From positions 124,001-159,825 of the forward strand of contig KZ538021.1 of assembly GCA_000934665.2 (NCBI GenBank): a stretch of 35,825 bases of DNA, given 5' to 3'. Source of the DNA: Catajapyx aquilonaris (taxonomy: Eukaryota). The notes beneath the pieces were generated by a model, which searched no databases, was not told the origin of the DNA, and worked only from the letters and a program-made list of their open reading frames with translations. Positions 35,101 through 35,825 of this stretch are shown here, piece by piece; the first letter of the stretch is position 1, and every line of letters begins with the position of its first letter. Position numbers and translations under genes: made by a program.

Positions 35101-35825
35101 GCCGGCACTAGGAGTGGAACAAGCGGGGAAAAATGTCCGGACCCTTTCCTTTTTAATAAAGTTCTCTCTGCTCAGAGGGGTTTTTTTTTTCTGCACGTCC
35201 ATGACAATCATGGTGTGTGCGGTAATTAGCGCTTCAATCATATGGACGTGAAAAATCTCGACAGTAAGTTCTGAAGTAGGGCCAGACATTTTTAGTCCAG
35301 ATTGTATTGGTCGACCGAAAAACCGTTGGACGTTTATTACGTCGCGTTGACTATAATATCGTCACGTTTTAAATACGCAAGGGGATTATGCAACTTGTCT
35401 AGGTGCAGACATTACGAGATTGTTTAGGCGTTACTGGGCTCATAATGTGCAAATTATTAATTATTACGAGGAGTGACGTGTGTCCATGCGATTGACACAC
35501 AATCGTGGCACCTAATTTCCCTCGTGCGTAAGAAATTGATGTCAACCATTGTGTCGCTGCAATAATGAGCAGCTTGTTAGCGCTCAAATTATTACTTAAT
35601 AAATGTTTAATTTTCCAGAGGTGTTTATCATGTAATTGCTTAATTATATTGCAATTTTTCTCACACCCAAGATTTTGTTGCTGTTGCAAATTTGTTGTTG
35701 TCAACAATGAATGACAAACTTTTTTTTCCCGGGAGGCGACACATCACATCAGATGCTAATATTTCGCGACTTTTCATCCGCCTTTGATACATATTCATTA
35801 GGGTAAAGTCGACTCGTAGAGAGTG

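Noticed and set aside
2451..35643. Frequent TAATTA homeodomain-type sites
   Set aside because: At this AT content many copies are expected by chance, and I cannot show enrichment without counting.
32000..35825. Several 60-150 aa ORFs downstream of Mic60
   Set aside because: No recognisable homology, no GC3 bias like the real exons and no consistent splice structure. Treated as intergenic.

Overview
This is eukaryotic genomic DNA, most likely from an arthropod (inferred from the protein sequence). It contains the 3' part of one intron-rich gene on the + strand: MICOS complex subunit Mic60 (mitofilin/IMMT). Five coding exons splice together through phase-consistent GT-AG introns: ~950-1072, 22949-23177, 28551-28712, 30740-30843 and 31301-31669. 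They encode about 328 aa covering the end of the coiled coil and the C-terminal mitofilin domain. The 5' exons lie upstream of the window. The introns are 21,876, 5,373, 2,027 and 457 bp. Candidate poly(A) signals follow the stop, and then come about 4 kb with no recognisable gene. Nearly all ORFs in the supplied track look like chance ORFs in non-coding DNA, and the track misses the exon at 30740-30843. I found no RNA gene, intact transposon or CRISPR array, and I cannot support a new biological system. The best leads are a 218-aa antisense ORF with exon-like splice sites in the 5.4 kb intron, a frame-preserving 69-nt cassette-exon candidate, the very large intron, and a cluster of short palindromes near 2.27-2.51 kb.
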